A stretch of 64,000 nucleotides of DNA from Marsupella aquatica (Eukaryota; Plantae; Marchantiophyta): the NCBI GenBank assembly GCA_973895155.1, contig OZ316896.1, positions 6,004,166 through 6,068,165 of the forward strand, written 5' to 3'. Below, in pieces: positions 11,729-24,108 of this stretch. The position numbers were made by a program, and so were the translations under genes. The notes below the pieces were generated by a model. It did not search any database. It had not been told where the DNA came from and saw nothing but the letters and a program-made list of their open reading frames with translations. Within the stretch, counting starts at the first letter, position 1, and each line of letters starts with the position of its first letter.

Positions 11729-12330
11729 CTAGCCTAATACCCATGCGGTGCACAAAATATTTTGAGGTGAGAGCAGGATGTTGAGGAGTGGCAAAGATGT
11801 TGAGGCCACGGAGATGCCAAGGAGAGGGCAAGGTTAATTTTGAGGCAAGGCAAAGATGTCCAGGTCAGGAAAAGATAGGGAGCTGAGAGAAAGATGTCGA
11901 GGCAAAGGGCAAGATGTCAAGGAGAGGCAAAGATAAGCAGGTGAGGTAAAGATGTTGAGGTGAAAAAGATGTCAATGAGAGAGAGATGTTGAGGTGAGGA
12001 AAAGAAATCAAGGTGAGAAAAGGAGGTTGAGGAGAGAAAAGAAGGCAAGGTGAAAAAACTATATATAAAGATGAGGAAAAGATGTCGAGGAGAGAAAATA
12101 TGTCAAGGATCTGACAAAAAGATATTGCAGCACTGAGATAAAGATGTCAAGGTGAGCAAAAGGTGAGATATTGAGTTGAGGAAAAGATGTCAAGGAGGAA
12201 AAAGATGTCGAGAGAAAAAATGTCAAAGGTGAGAAAAAAGTCGTGGTGAGATAAAGATGTCAGTGTGAGAAAAAAATGGCGAGATGAGAGAAGCATGTCA
12301 AGATAAGGTAAGGTAAAGTTGTTGTGATGG
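11729..12330 (-). mobile_element. Non-autonomous Helitron-like element with ~18-bp purine-rich minisatellite
   Basis: Minus strand ends GTGCACCGCATGGGTATTAGGCTAG|T (degenerate Helitron 3' hairpin + CTAG, CTAG at 11729-11732). It adjoins a degenerate array of (A)GAAAAGATGTCGAGG(T/A)G units. Confidence 0.65.
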
Positions 12331-13626
12331 TGTTTAAACCACAAATTGTGTGACCCCATTATTGAGAAGCGCAATTGGGCCTCTCTTGAACCATTAGATT
12401 TTCACTTATAATTGTGCCTATGCTATGTGGTCCAATCCGATCTATGGCTCAAAACATAGATCTCAATGAGATCTACGTCTCACAAAAAAATGAGACAAAA
12501 TATTCTTGAGAGCATCAAGGGCTAACCATTCCAAAATTTCAATTTTGATCAAACAAATGAGTTTTATTCATTTTTTGATTGGTTTGTTGAAGAGACTTGT
12601 CTAAGAGACGCAATGTCCGGCCATATTGAAGGTTAACAATGAACATAGGTCACATTTTATGGCTTTTTAGGTAAATATCTCGATGAGATGGCCAGATTGA
12701 AGAGTGTCATCATTTAATGAGCGTATCTCTTCAATGACAAATTTTTTGAGGCTCACAATAAATGGGGATTTGAGCTCCATCTGATCCCTTTGAACAAATT
12801 ATGTTTTTTTGGATGATTCTGGTGTGGGTAAAATTGTTGTGACTATGGGAAATTCTAGATTGTTGTTTAGACTTCTTGAGCACAATGACCACAACAATGA
12901 CGCGACATTAGTTTGTTACCCAACAATGTTTTTCATTGATTTGTTGATGATTGGTTGACAAGTGTGCTTTGTTTACATCTTGGTTCACATGTCTATACCT
13001 ATTGACCATGAGGATGACATGATAGGATAAATTAGCTATTTGCTGTGAAACCCTAGTTTTCCAAAACCTTATCCTAGGATAAAGCCTTTACAAAATGTAA
13101 GTACTAACAATGCTTTTATTTGATTGAATGTCAGATGTGACATGCATCTAAAGTGTAGACTAGGTATTGACAAGTTGATTATCCTAGTGTGTAGTACAAA
13201 ATCACACTTGTTAAAACAAGGTGCATTAGAGATGTCATTTCTAATAGATGTATTTTTTCTTTTCAATTCTACTTGATGTCCCCTTTTGGCCTTGTGTTTT
13301 TTCTTTATCCCCTTTTGTGGCCCTTTCTTGTCCTGTGCTACCCTATTGTCCCTTGAATGATAGCATCCTTGTCTTTCATGATCATTTGCCCTAATTTTCT
13401 TGATGTTCTTGTTGAAAGTTGTAGCACCATTGCAACTGGCAACAAAAGTATAAAAGAAGCCTGGGTTTCACACTCCCAGCATTTTGAAATTAGATTGTTT
13501 AAACCTAAACCCAAACCCTAAACAATAGACTAGCTACATGCCCTCATTCACCAATCAACACACTTTTGTTGCATAAGAAAGATAAAAACTAGCTTTCAAT
13601 GCGATAAAGGTGATTTATGTATTGTA

Positions 13627-13945
13627 ATAGCCCAATGCCTGTGCGTTGCATGAAAGATGTCGAGGAGAGAAAAGTTGTCAAGGTGATAAAAGATGTCAAG
13701 ATGATAAAAGATGTTGAGGCGATAGAAGATGTCGAGGAGAGAAAAGATGTCGAGGTGATAAAAGATATTGACGTGATAGAAGATGTTGAGGAGAGAAAAG
13801 ATGTCGAGGTGATGAAAGATGTCAAGGAGAGGAAAAATGTCAAGGTGAGAAAGATGTTGAGGTGAGGAAAAGATGTCGAGGTGACAGAAGAAGTTGAGGA
13901 GAGAAAAGGATGTCGAGGAGAGAAAAGATGTGAAGATGAGAAACA
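13627..13945 (-). repeat. Second minisatellite array (18-bp unit AAAGATGTCGAGG[TA]GA[GT]A) with Helitron-like 3' end
   Basis: atagcccaatgcctgtgcgttgca precedes ~16 well-conserved units; produces spurious KDVEERK / LSSTSFI ORFs. Confidence 0.8.
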
Positions 13946-14369
13946 TTGTGACAGTCATCCCTTTTTTCCCATCCATGTGCCCCCCTTCCCCTTTCTCCTT
14001 GCCTCTCCCCCTCTTTGTTTTGTTTCCAAGGTTTTCTTTGGGACAATAAAAGTCAAATTTGGTAAGACAATTGCGGTGAAAAATCATACAAATATTTGTC
14101 ATAGTTTATGGGTGTGAAAGTCTCATTATTTTGGCACAATATATATACAACTGTGAGTATGTATTTAAAGTATTTTGGGGAGACATAAATCCTAAATTAT
14201 CTATCATTCTTCTCTTTCCCCACTTTTTTAACATGTCTTGATTTAATAACTTGTTTTTTCCCTTTTATCTTCTCCCTCCCCCTTTTTTTCTAAACCCGGC
14301 CATTTTCTCATAAATTCTCCCATCATCTCTCATGTCTCCTCAATGTCATAGTTCTAATTATATGTGAAC

Positions 14370-14860
14370 ATAGCATGATGCATGCATGTAAGTTGCACAA
14401 AAAATTTTGAGGTGAGAAAAGATGGCGAGGTGAGGAAAAGAAGTTGAGGTGAGAAAAAATATCGAGGAGAGAAAAGATGGCAAGGTGAGAAATAAAGCAA
14501 AGATGAGGAAAAGATGTCAAGGAGAGAATAAATGTCAAGGGTTAGGAAAAGATGTCTTGGTGAGATAAGATTTCAAGGTAAGTAAAGACGGCAAGATATG
14601 AAAAAGATAAGGTGTGGAGGTGAGAAAAGATGTCAAGGTGAAAAAAAATATCAAGCCGAGTGAGAAAGATGTAATTGAGGAGAGAAAATATGTTGAGAAG
14701 AGAAAAGTCATCGAGGGTGGGAAGAAAATGTCATGGTGGCACGCAGATGTTCATGTGAAAAAAGATGTGAATGCAAGGTAAAGATGTTTAGGACTCGAGA
14801 TAAATATGAAAAGATGAGAAAAACATGTCGAGCAAGAAAATATGTCAAGGTGAGGCAAAA
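14370..14860 (-). repeat. Third, more degenerate array of the same minisatellite
   Basis: The leader gttgcacaaaaaattttgaggtgag matches 11748-11772, followed by gaaaagatgtcaaggtga-type units. Confidence 0.75.
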
Positions 14861-15091
14861 TGTATATAAGCTTTGCAATGTGATTGAGACATTTTATGTG
14901 TGATCCCGACCATACAGATGTTGTGGTCGTGTTCAATACCAGTGTGTTGCACAAAAGATGTTGCGTAAAAGGTGTCATTGCATATAAGATATCTATATAA
15001 AAAAGATGTTGTAAAAGTAATAAAGAAGAGAGCAAGATAGATGATGGCAACCAAGGCAAACGTGGGGGCAGACGCACTCGCACAACACTAG

Positions 15092-15900
15092 GTCGAAGGT
15101 AATATCCCCCCTCCTCATGGCCTCCACTGTTGAGTATTGCTCTTAGTCTTGTGACTCTAGGGCTAACCGTAGTTAGACTAACTCAGGTTAGGACCTAGCT
15201 AAGGTTAGTAGTGATGCATGTTGTATATAACCAGGGCTGATGCCAGCCCTTGGTCGATCTTCAATTCATTGTTGGAGTGGAGCAAGAGAGAAGTAAAGGT
15301 CTCTTGCTTTCCCGTGGACATAACCTAAGTCGAGAGGTGAACCATGTACTCGCTCTGTCAATTACTTTGTATGGTATTTATATGTGCATTATGTTTTGGG
15401 ATTAGGAATATACCCAACAAATGGTCGGTATCAGAGCAAATATATCTCACCTTGTTACCAGTCTGATTCTCAACTTGGGCTTTCCACTCCTTAAAAGTGA
15501 CAAAAACATTATAGTTATTGTGTAGAAAGTATATCCACACATACCTTGAGTAATCATCAATGAACGTGACATAGTAAACTCTTTCATAATGTGAGGGAGT
15601 AGGGGCTGGTCCCCACACATGTACATACTCAGGTACCTCCTTGCTGGTGTGAGTTCTAACTCCAAAGGGTTTCCTATGTTGTTTTCCAAGCACACAATGC
15701 TCACAAAAATCCAACTTACAAGATTGCAAATTAGAAAATAATCATTTATTTTGAAGAACAACCAAATCTTTTTCACTCATGTGACCCAATATGAAGTGCC
15801 ACAGTTGAGCCGTCTCCTCATGAGATAAGGCTACATTGGCTTCATCACAGACTACATTGTCCTCCAAAACGTATAGATTTTTGTGCCTCTTTCCCTTCAA
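15092..15900. mobile_element. Ty1/copia fragment: plus-strand LTR + PBS joined to a minus-strand GAG-pre-integrase/integrase fragment
   Basis: LTR-like CCCGTGGAC...GAACCA motif and ...CCAACA end at 15419, then TGGTCGGTATCAGAGC (tRNA-Met PBS-like). Minus-strand LWHF..GHMSEK, FCEHCVLGKQ, YYVTFIDDYSRYVWIYFL, FKEWKAQVENQTG. Confidence 0.8.
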
Positions 15901-16339
15901 CACAAGCTTAGTACCAATTGAAACCTGAAGGACACCATTTGCAGAACTCCATCGATGACCATTTGAAAAACTCCAGTGATGGTATCAAAGCAAAGGAAGC
16001 TATTTGGTTGGATAGACTTATCACAACTAGATTTTGTTGCATTAGATGCTAACAATACCTTCTTCATAATTGTCGTTAATATAATTAACAACTGCCATGA
16101 CTACGTTTATAACTACGTCCGACGTAACTAAGACGTCGGAGAAATATAAGCGTCGATTGCCCCCATTTTAACATCGCTGGAAACACGTTTAAAAGTAACG
16201 TCTTTGGATGAGCTGTCCTAAACATTGTTTTGGTCATCGTTCAATATTAACGTCGTAGTCGAGAACGTAATGTGTTTAGGGTATCACGACGTCAATGTTT
16301 ACGTCATGGAGGGAGCCATTAAAGTGGTAACGTTGCTCT

Positions 16340-17470
16340 GTAGGACATTCCAAATGAATCAAGCCATGTTAGACGTTGAGTACATTGGTGTGGATGACTT
16401 GAATGAGGAGTAGTCCATGCTGACTCGAGTATAGCTTGGGTTTTCTATGAGAGGATTTTGGTTTAAGAGTGCTGAGACCAAAGTAGGCTTGCGTTTGTGA
16501 TTTTTGGAGAATGCACTCTTCCTGAGTACAGAGAAATTGCAGCGTGGGATAGACGATAGACTCAGTGTTCAGTCATGGTGTGCAAGTTCTTCAAGGATGT
16601 GCATTGTTGCTTCCTTCCACTTGGTGAAGAGGACAAGACTATACGTGGGTTCTTTTGTCGGGGAGGTGTTATTGAGAAGTTGTGTACCTCGGAAATAGAC
16701 TACTTGCTGGCCTATACATGGAAGAAGTTGTTGAGCACTTCAGTGACTACCATGGATTGATCGAGCACTTTGCAAAGACAATTCATTTCATTTCTATCCA
16801 TTGGGTAGAGTGCTTAATTCTGGCCAACAAACAGTTGGATCTAGGAGACTTCCTGCATCCAGGTGATGATCAAATGTTGGATGAGGCGCCCAACCCAGAG
16901 GGGTATTTACAAACGACAGGAAATAGCAAACAGTAACAGAAAACAGAAACTGGTAACAGGAAAATGAGTGATAATTTCTTTTGAACTTTTTTTGAACTTT
17001 TTTTTTGGGGAAAAAAAAGTTTTTTTTCTTTCAAAATTTTATTTTATTTGCTAGCGCCCGACGCTGGTAATGCTAGCGCCCAAAGCTAGCCAAAAAATGT
17101 TGTAACTTAGATTTTTTTGGAAAATGAGACTTTTTAGAAAATATTTTGACATGGTTATTTTTCCTGGTAACAGTAACTTTCCTGGTACCAGTAAACCTGT
17201 TTCGTGTTTACTGTCACGCGTGCCATACCCAACCCAGATGATGGGGAGGCATATCAACCTACATTGCCCAAATGTGAGCTGTCTCCGTAGCTTCACATTG
17301 TCTTGTATGATTACAAGGAAAGTTGTGCAACTGAGGTTGAGGCTGAAAGGCTAAAGGCTGGGGAAGAGGTCGTCCGGAAGAAATGGAACTAGAGGCAGAG
17401 GCGTGATTCTTACAAAAGAAGGAAGGCAGATGAGGAGTACTACTGGTCTGGTGAAGGAACTCCTTAAGTA
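16340..17470 (+). pseudogene. Additional unknown ORF inside the CACTA element, split by a MITE
   Basis: Removing 16901-17239 joins ...QMLDEAPNP to DDGEAYQPTLPKCELS...EAERLKAGEEVVRKKW...EEYYWSGEGTP* in frame. Residual stops remain. Confidence 0.5.
16901..17230. mobile_element. Mutator-like MITE (330 bp)
   Basis: 9-bp TSD AACCCAGAG/AACCCAGAT (16892-16900, 17231-17239); GGGTAT...ATACCC termini with degenerate ~70-bp TIRs; AT-rich core. Confidence 0.85.
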
Positions 17471-18039
17471 GCAACAATCTAGATTTCAGTGGATGAGGCA
17501 GTTTAGTGATTCGGCTAGGTTATAGTCGCTTTGTGGTGGACATGCAATGTGCTTTGTAGGACCTTTGTATCTCTATATCATACTGAATCTGAATAAAGAT
17601 TCCCTCATGTTTTTCATTTTGAATGCATGTGCCAATTAATGTCACCACTGTCATTAACGTCGCGCAGATATAGTAACGTTGCAATACACGACGTCTTTGG
17701 TTTAATACGTACCCTAAAATGACGTAAGTTAGTGTAACATCATTTTATGTGGAGAATCAACGTCGTGTGGAATACCGTAAACAAGGTTGTGGGTAAATTA
17801 ACATCGTTGAAGGCTCAATAAAACGACGTTAATTGGAATTAATGTCTGCCTGGTACAACATAGTTTGAAGATACATTGGTCTACCGGATGTAATAGTCAT
17901 ACAACGACGTTACCCACAGATGCTACAAACCCACATGAAGGTGGCCATAACGAATATATACATGCACTGAATACATTTATGGTCATGGATCCATATCATC
18001 TACAATTACTGATGCCATCAAACCCTTCCTCTGTCATGG

Positions 18040-21000
18040 GAAGATGGGAATGACAATGGACCATCCTCTCATAGTGTGCATCGGAACCATAATACACTGA
18101 TCCACCTAGCTAGGAAATACTATAGTGTCACTAACCTCAGTGAGTGACACTATAGTATGAGAGGATGGTGCAGCTACACGAGTCGTGTCTACCCAATAGA
18201 ACCCACACTCATCTTTCACCATGGTGGCTCTATGTGGAGGTGACATGATGGATTTGTGCTACCGCACCTCTAACATAGTAGTAGTAAATGACCCAAAGTG
18301 AACGTCTAAAATATCCAATACAGTGCCACAATAGGGAATCTCAACATCACCTGGGTCTATCAACATGAACACTCCTGAGTTACATGTACTCTTCTTCATG
18401 TGATCTATCCTCCAAGTGCGAAAGTGGTGCCCTGACTCATACATGTGTGTATGGGTCGTTGCCCACAACCTTGGTTCCCTAATGATGTTCTGTACATCAA
18501 TGGGAATGGATAAGGGTCCATGCTCTGCAAGGAGCCTATCCATGCGCTCCAATGCCCATACGCAAAATAATGCATACCGTCGTGGAACTATCAGTTGCTG
18601 CTCCAAGAATGCACTGCAAAAAATGTATGAATCCATGAGAATATTGCACAATCCAAAGAAGTGCTCCTTGAACCCACTCTAACTTCTACACACATAGAAT
18701 GTAGAACACCGTCTACTGTTAGATTAACATATATATAGAGTTGCATATATGTACCTATGCAACTCCCTCCACTGAGACACCTTTGGGCAATTTCCCAACA
18801 CATAATTGTGGATCTGTAGGCAAAGTATGTTGTCATGTAGTGAATGCTTTTTTGATGCACCCATCAAATGCAACCCACCATTGTCATCATCTTGTGCCTC
18901 TTCCCAAGCTGTAGGAGCTTTTGTGTCCAAACTCCCTATCATCCCTCCGGAATAAAGAGGCACTCCGACATGATATACCCCGTTGCCATACTTCCCTCTA
19001 GTCGAGCTGGTTGACACACCATGGACTTGAGCACTTTCATAAAGCGCTCTACCCAATACATTTAACATGCATGGACAGGACCAGCAATCGCGACCTCATC
19101 CACCAAGTGACATAGTAAATGCAATTGCATGTCAAATATGCATGGGGGAAACACCTTCTCCATATTGCACATCACGCGAGCTAACCTCTCCCTCATCAAA
19201 ACAATATCAGACTCCTTTATCTCCTTAGCGCATACCCACCTATGTTCCTCCTCAAAACCATCAAAGATTTTGTCTGTCAAATCCACATAGGGCCATAGAA
19301 AAATGAGTTTGAAATACTTGTTGAATTACAGGGCTCCTCCAGCGGTAACAAGAACTTGCAAGAGAGCAATGGAAGAGAGGGTACATTATCATACCTGAAA
19401 ATGGAGCACATCTCATATATAGTCAGACGGAGTAAACAACGCTCCCGGGAATCATCACAACAACGCAAGACTGCTGGTAGCACACGTTGTATCAACTTGT
19501 GATAATCATGAGACTTCAACCCTATTGGGGGTATGTGATCATTCCTTCTAGTGCACCCACAAAAACCAGCTCCGTAATGGCTAGGGAACTTCATCTCGCT
19601 TATCATCCCATTCATGTCCTTCAAAACCTCTCTTGGCAAAATCCAAGGACCAGGAGGTTTCTCCCCAGTACGTGTTATCCAACAACTCTTCACTACTCCA
19701 ACCCTCTCAACATCCTCTCGGACTCCACGAGTGTCATTCGTCCCATAAATGTGCTTCACCAAGTTCTTAGCAACATTCACTTCAATGTGCATGGGGTCCA
19801 ACAACCATTGAACCTGGAGTCTCTCAAAATTGAAATACCATATTGAATCAGTTCACTTGCATTCTCTAAATTAAGCATGTTATTGGTCTAATTTGTTGTA
19901 AAGGAACCATGCACTTCTATCACTTACCCTCCAATAAGGCAAGTCCCACATAGCTGAGCGTCGGTTTACTCCACAATCCTTGGGTTTCAGTAACTTTGCT
20001 TCCACCTTCTCTGCCATTTGAATTTGTCCTTCAGCTGAAGGGCCATTAGGACATGGCCGCAATTCAGTCTATGCCCAATGTGTTGTGTTTTGTTGCAAGT
20101 GGTCATCCATTGCCAACCGGACCCTACTGCCCTCATATATGGTTTTGTGCAGTAGTCTTGAGCTCCTCCCATGCAACTCTGGGCCACATGAAGGGCAAGC
20201 TGAAAAACCTGTCACCTTTAGGCCAGATATTGTCCCCATACCTGCCATTTCATTGAACCATGTTCAGACCACAAATAACCCCAAGACTTGCATTGTACAT
20301 GACATTGTGCAAACAATAGCCATTGGGTTGCCCAATGAATTACCTGGACCATTTGTGGTGCAATGAGTGATCATCACCCTCATATTGAAGGTCTTGCCAT
20401 TGCTTGCTTCACGAGTGACATCTATTGTCACTGCTCCAACCTCCCACAGATTATGTAGCTCTTCATAAGCTGGAGCCAAACAGATATCAGGATTCTTACA
20501 GGCCTTGGGTCCAGGAATTATAGCTAATAGAAGCACATGACCCTTCTTCATTGCCAACCATGGAGGGATGTTCTGATTTATCAAAAGAACAGGCCAGATG
20601 GACTTAGGCTTCTGTTGTTGTTTATATGGGTTCACTCCATCGATTGCCAACCCCAAATAAACATTTCTTGGCTCCTGGGCAAAATTTGGCCAAGTGGCAT
20701 CAATGTGCTTCCACGCTGGACTATCTTGGTGGTATTGCATTATCCCTGGTGGGGATTTGTTCTCCACATGCCAAGTCTGTAGTGTGGATAAGTGCTTTCG
20801 TTGGTAGAGATGCTGAAGTTGGGGAGTGATTGGAAAATAACGAAAAACCTGCCAGATCCAATGTAACGTCGTCAATTTGACGACAATCATACTAAACGTC
20901 CTTCCACACTACGTATTATTGAAACTAACATCGTGGAGGATGACGTTTCTTACATACGATGTACCATGCAACGTTAGTTATTGCATCCCATATGACGTAA

Positions 21001-23690
21001 AAACAAAAAAACGTCAGGTAGAAAGACGTAAAGTGAGATGGACGACGTAAAGTAATCAATTACATAGTCATATACGATGTTGTTTGAAAGAATGCAACGT
21101 TAAAAGTCAGACCTTCTTGTTCTCGCATTGCGTTGAGGAAAACATTACCTTTTCTGCAATCTTGTCTCTAATGGTGTCTGGTCGATACCGTGGAAGCCTA
21201 CACTGCTCCTCTGGGCAGTGAGTGTGATCCTTGTACACCCCTCTATACAAGATGCACCCACCTGGGCACATGTGGATAGTCTCTAAAGCCAATCCAATTG
21301 AGGCTAACAACTTCTTAGCCTCCCTCACACATCCAAGGAGAGTGTTTGGTTGGGGCAAGAGTTTGTCGTGGAACAATTGGAAGAGTGCATCTGTATGGAC
21401 ATCCAAACCATTGAAAACTCCTTGCAAATTCAACATCAACAAAGTTGCACCCAACCTGGATTTGCAAAACCACAAACACCAGACTTTTTGCAGTTAGTCC
21501 AAGTAGCTAGATGGCATGCCTGGCACTACAACTTAGACTGCCCAATATTCACTGGATGAAATTCCAGAGTTGTGATCAGTTTAGGACAACCTTACCGTGA
21601 GGATGGAGATCCCTCAAATAGTGGTGTTCTGGCTTCAGCCTCCAAGTGATCCCAATCTTCTTGATCCACTTCCATGATAGGGTGCTCGGCGTCAGGTGCA
21701 TGAGGTCCAAAGTGAACGTCAATAAGGTGGGCAAAGGCATCTTCTTCAAGGATAGGGTCATCTCCCTCATCTCCCTCATCGTCAACATCATCATCCAACT
21801 CTCCATCATCATCCAACTCTCCATCATATGCATCATGGTACTCTTCATCCTCATCGTCCATCTCATCATGGTCAAGGGGCTGACCCTCAGCATCCTCCTC
21901 ATCTGAGAAATGTAAAGTGGCACGTACGTGAAAGGCACGGGCTGATGTAGTCATCATTGATGGGTGAGGTGTGGGAGTAATATGTACACCATCCTAGAGT
22001 TTTCAATATGCAATGATAGATCAAATTAGAGAAAGGGTTTTCGTGATAAAGCTTACAATGAAACATCAATAATGAAAAATGCAAGGGTCACCCCATAATG
22101 AATATGTCATGTACACATGTAAACATCAATGCCAATCATAATCTACGAGAATCTCTTCCCCTGCTCTAATGGTGCGGGTAGGATGTGTCAAGATGTAATG
22201 CGTGCATGCTACAGGCAAATGAGGGTGACTCTGGTCATGGAACTCGTGCCACTCAGCGATTGGGCTAAACCCTAAATGCCGAGAACCAATAGTGCTATTG
22301 ATGTAACCCGCTGAGTTCCCTGTGCGAGGTGGGTAACCATCAATCTGAGCATACCTAGGGTCCAACTTTAGTGACATGCCATATCAACTAAAGGTTGGGC
22401 ACTGTCAGGACAAGATGCGCCATCTCGCCGCCAAATACTTGGGCCCATAGAATGGAAACAACTGAGGCAAATCATTGGGTGCACAACCAGTAGGGACCAC
22501 AATATCCACAAGAGCAAATACTCCAAGTCCTACATGAGTCCCCAATGTGGAGGGGAGGATGACCCATGGGTGGTCCCAAACTATAATAGGCTCCCAAAGC
22601 GGGAGGTCCATAGGCGGGTCCATAGGAGTCCAAACTGGGCTGGGAAGGAGTCCTTTAAGATGTCCAAGGCTCTCCCTCGCAACTGTCTCAGTGCCCGGGA
22701 CACCAATGCATCAAGAAAAGGGCATCGGGGTGGAACAATCCTAGGTGGACAGGACTCAATCGATTGGGGTCTAGTGGTCACCACTACTCCCCTCTCAATA
22801 GGGTGCATCCTAAACACTCTCCCCCTCCTATGAAATACACGGTCTATCTCCCTCAATGTGGCTGGCAAATTGGATGGATGCATGGATGAGTGGTGCGAGT
22901 GCACGATATGCAATGACTCTCAAGCGGTCCACAGGCGAAGATCGCACTACAACAGGAATTTGTTCCACATGTTCACCAAAACAAGTTTAGAATATGACAA
23001 TCAAAGAATATGACAATCAAAAAATAATTCAAGGAAGGAGATGTTATCATAATTGCAATATCCAACAAAATTGTATTACCTCTCGAGTTGGGGGGGGTGT
23101 AACGACCATGGATCCCTAAATGGCTAAGGACAATGGTCCTCTCGTGTAAGACAACACCCTTGCATTGTCTGCAAGGGCAAGGCATCTTGTGAAATGGCCC
23201 AATCCCCTGAAGAGCAGCCATGGCCTCTCCAAATCCATCAGCACGATGGGAGCTTCGGCCTCTCTTGCCCTCGGAACGATGTCTGCGTCGATGACGATTG
23301 GATCGGTGATGCCTAGATCGATCATACGTTTGGTGAGTAATCTCTCTCCCGGTCTGACAGGTCATCCCTCCCCCTATGATGATGGTCATCTCTGCGTTGG
23401 GTGTAAGTACCCCAACCATAGTCCTCATAGGATGAGTCATCCCTCCTCCTCCCTCCCTCGTCATTCCTCCTCCTCCGCCGCTCGTCATCGCTCCTATAGC
23501 CCAATGAAGCTGAACTCCCCCTATGCCAATGATGGTGTCTATGTCGGTGAGAACTACCGCCATGCTCATCATCATCGTCATACGAGTCATCCCTTCGCCT
23601 ATCCGACTCATCATACATCCCCCTATGATGATGATGGTATCTGTGCCGACGATGTCTGCCCCCATCATGGTCCGATGCATAGGTTGCCAT
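18040..23690 (-). pseudogene. CACTA TnpD-type transposase (transposase-associated Zn domain, Transposase_21, DUF4218/DUF4216-like), multi-exon, disrupted
   Basis: MPCPCRQCK...LSHLGIHG; IHMCPGGCILY...CRLPRY; RYFPITPQLQ...DSPAWKHID...EPRNVYLGLAIDGVNPY...WPVLLINQNIPPW; LDPMHIEVNVAKNL; GLKSHDYHKL; MEKVFPPCIFDMQLHLLCHLVDEVAIAGPVH; YCGTVLDI. Multiple stops and frameshifts. Confidence 0.93.
22126..22946 (-). pseudogene. SET-domain (lysine methyltransferase-like) exon nested in the transposase intron
   Basis: LPSTLGTHVGLGVFA (SET-N), GNSAGYINS (RFINH-like) and TRTIRAGEEILVDY (ELxFDY-like SET-C) in one frame with two internal stops (22405-22126 region). Acceptor TTGTAG at 22947. Confidence 0.85.
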
Positions 23691-24108
23691 GTCCCCTGTG
23701 ATCAAATTTACAAAGGCCCCCACAACATATTAAACCCCAAGCATAAACTATCCCGCAATGTTAACCAAAATAGCGTCCAGCCACACAATGTTCTTCGCAA
23801 ATTAACGTCGTTGTTTAGGTTGCGGGGAACAAGCCAAATTTAATTTACGTAGCTATGTACTACGTACTTAATAAGTTAACGTCATTGGGTATGACATAAT
23901 TATGTGTAACGTCACCACTAAACCCTACACCCCTGGTTAACGTTGTGATTAGCAACGTTAAATTAGGGTAACGACGGGTCTCCAAGGTTTGTGGGTTGCT
24001 GCTGTTTTCCTTTAACAAAACATCGGGAAGTGACTCAAATGTGACTCACATTCAACATTAATTCAACACTTCCCCTCTCCCCCTCTCGACCTCCTATCTT
24101 AACAGTGA

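Noticed and set aside
13589-14117. Repetitive ORFs (KDVEERK..., LSSTSFI...) as genes, or the arrays as CRISPR
   Set aside because: They are translations of an 18-bp minisatellite, with no unique spacers and no cas genes, in a eukaryotic context.
22945-22958. CACTACAACAGG as a CACTA terminal inverted repeat
   Set aside because: It lies in the middle of the element and is better explained as the minus-strand splice acceptor (TTGTAG|TG) of the SET exon; no matching opposite end was found.
23165-23843. Plus-strand His/Ser-rich ORFs
   Set aside because: They are antisense shadows of the low-complexity transposase N-terminus.
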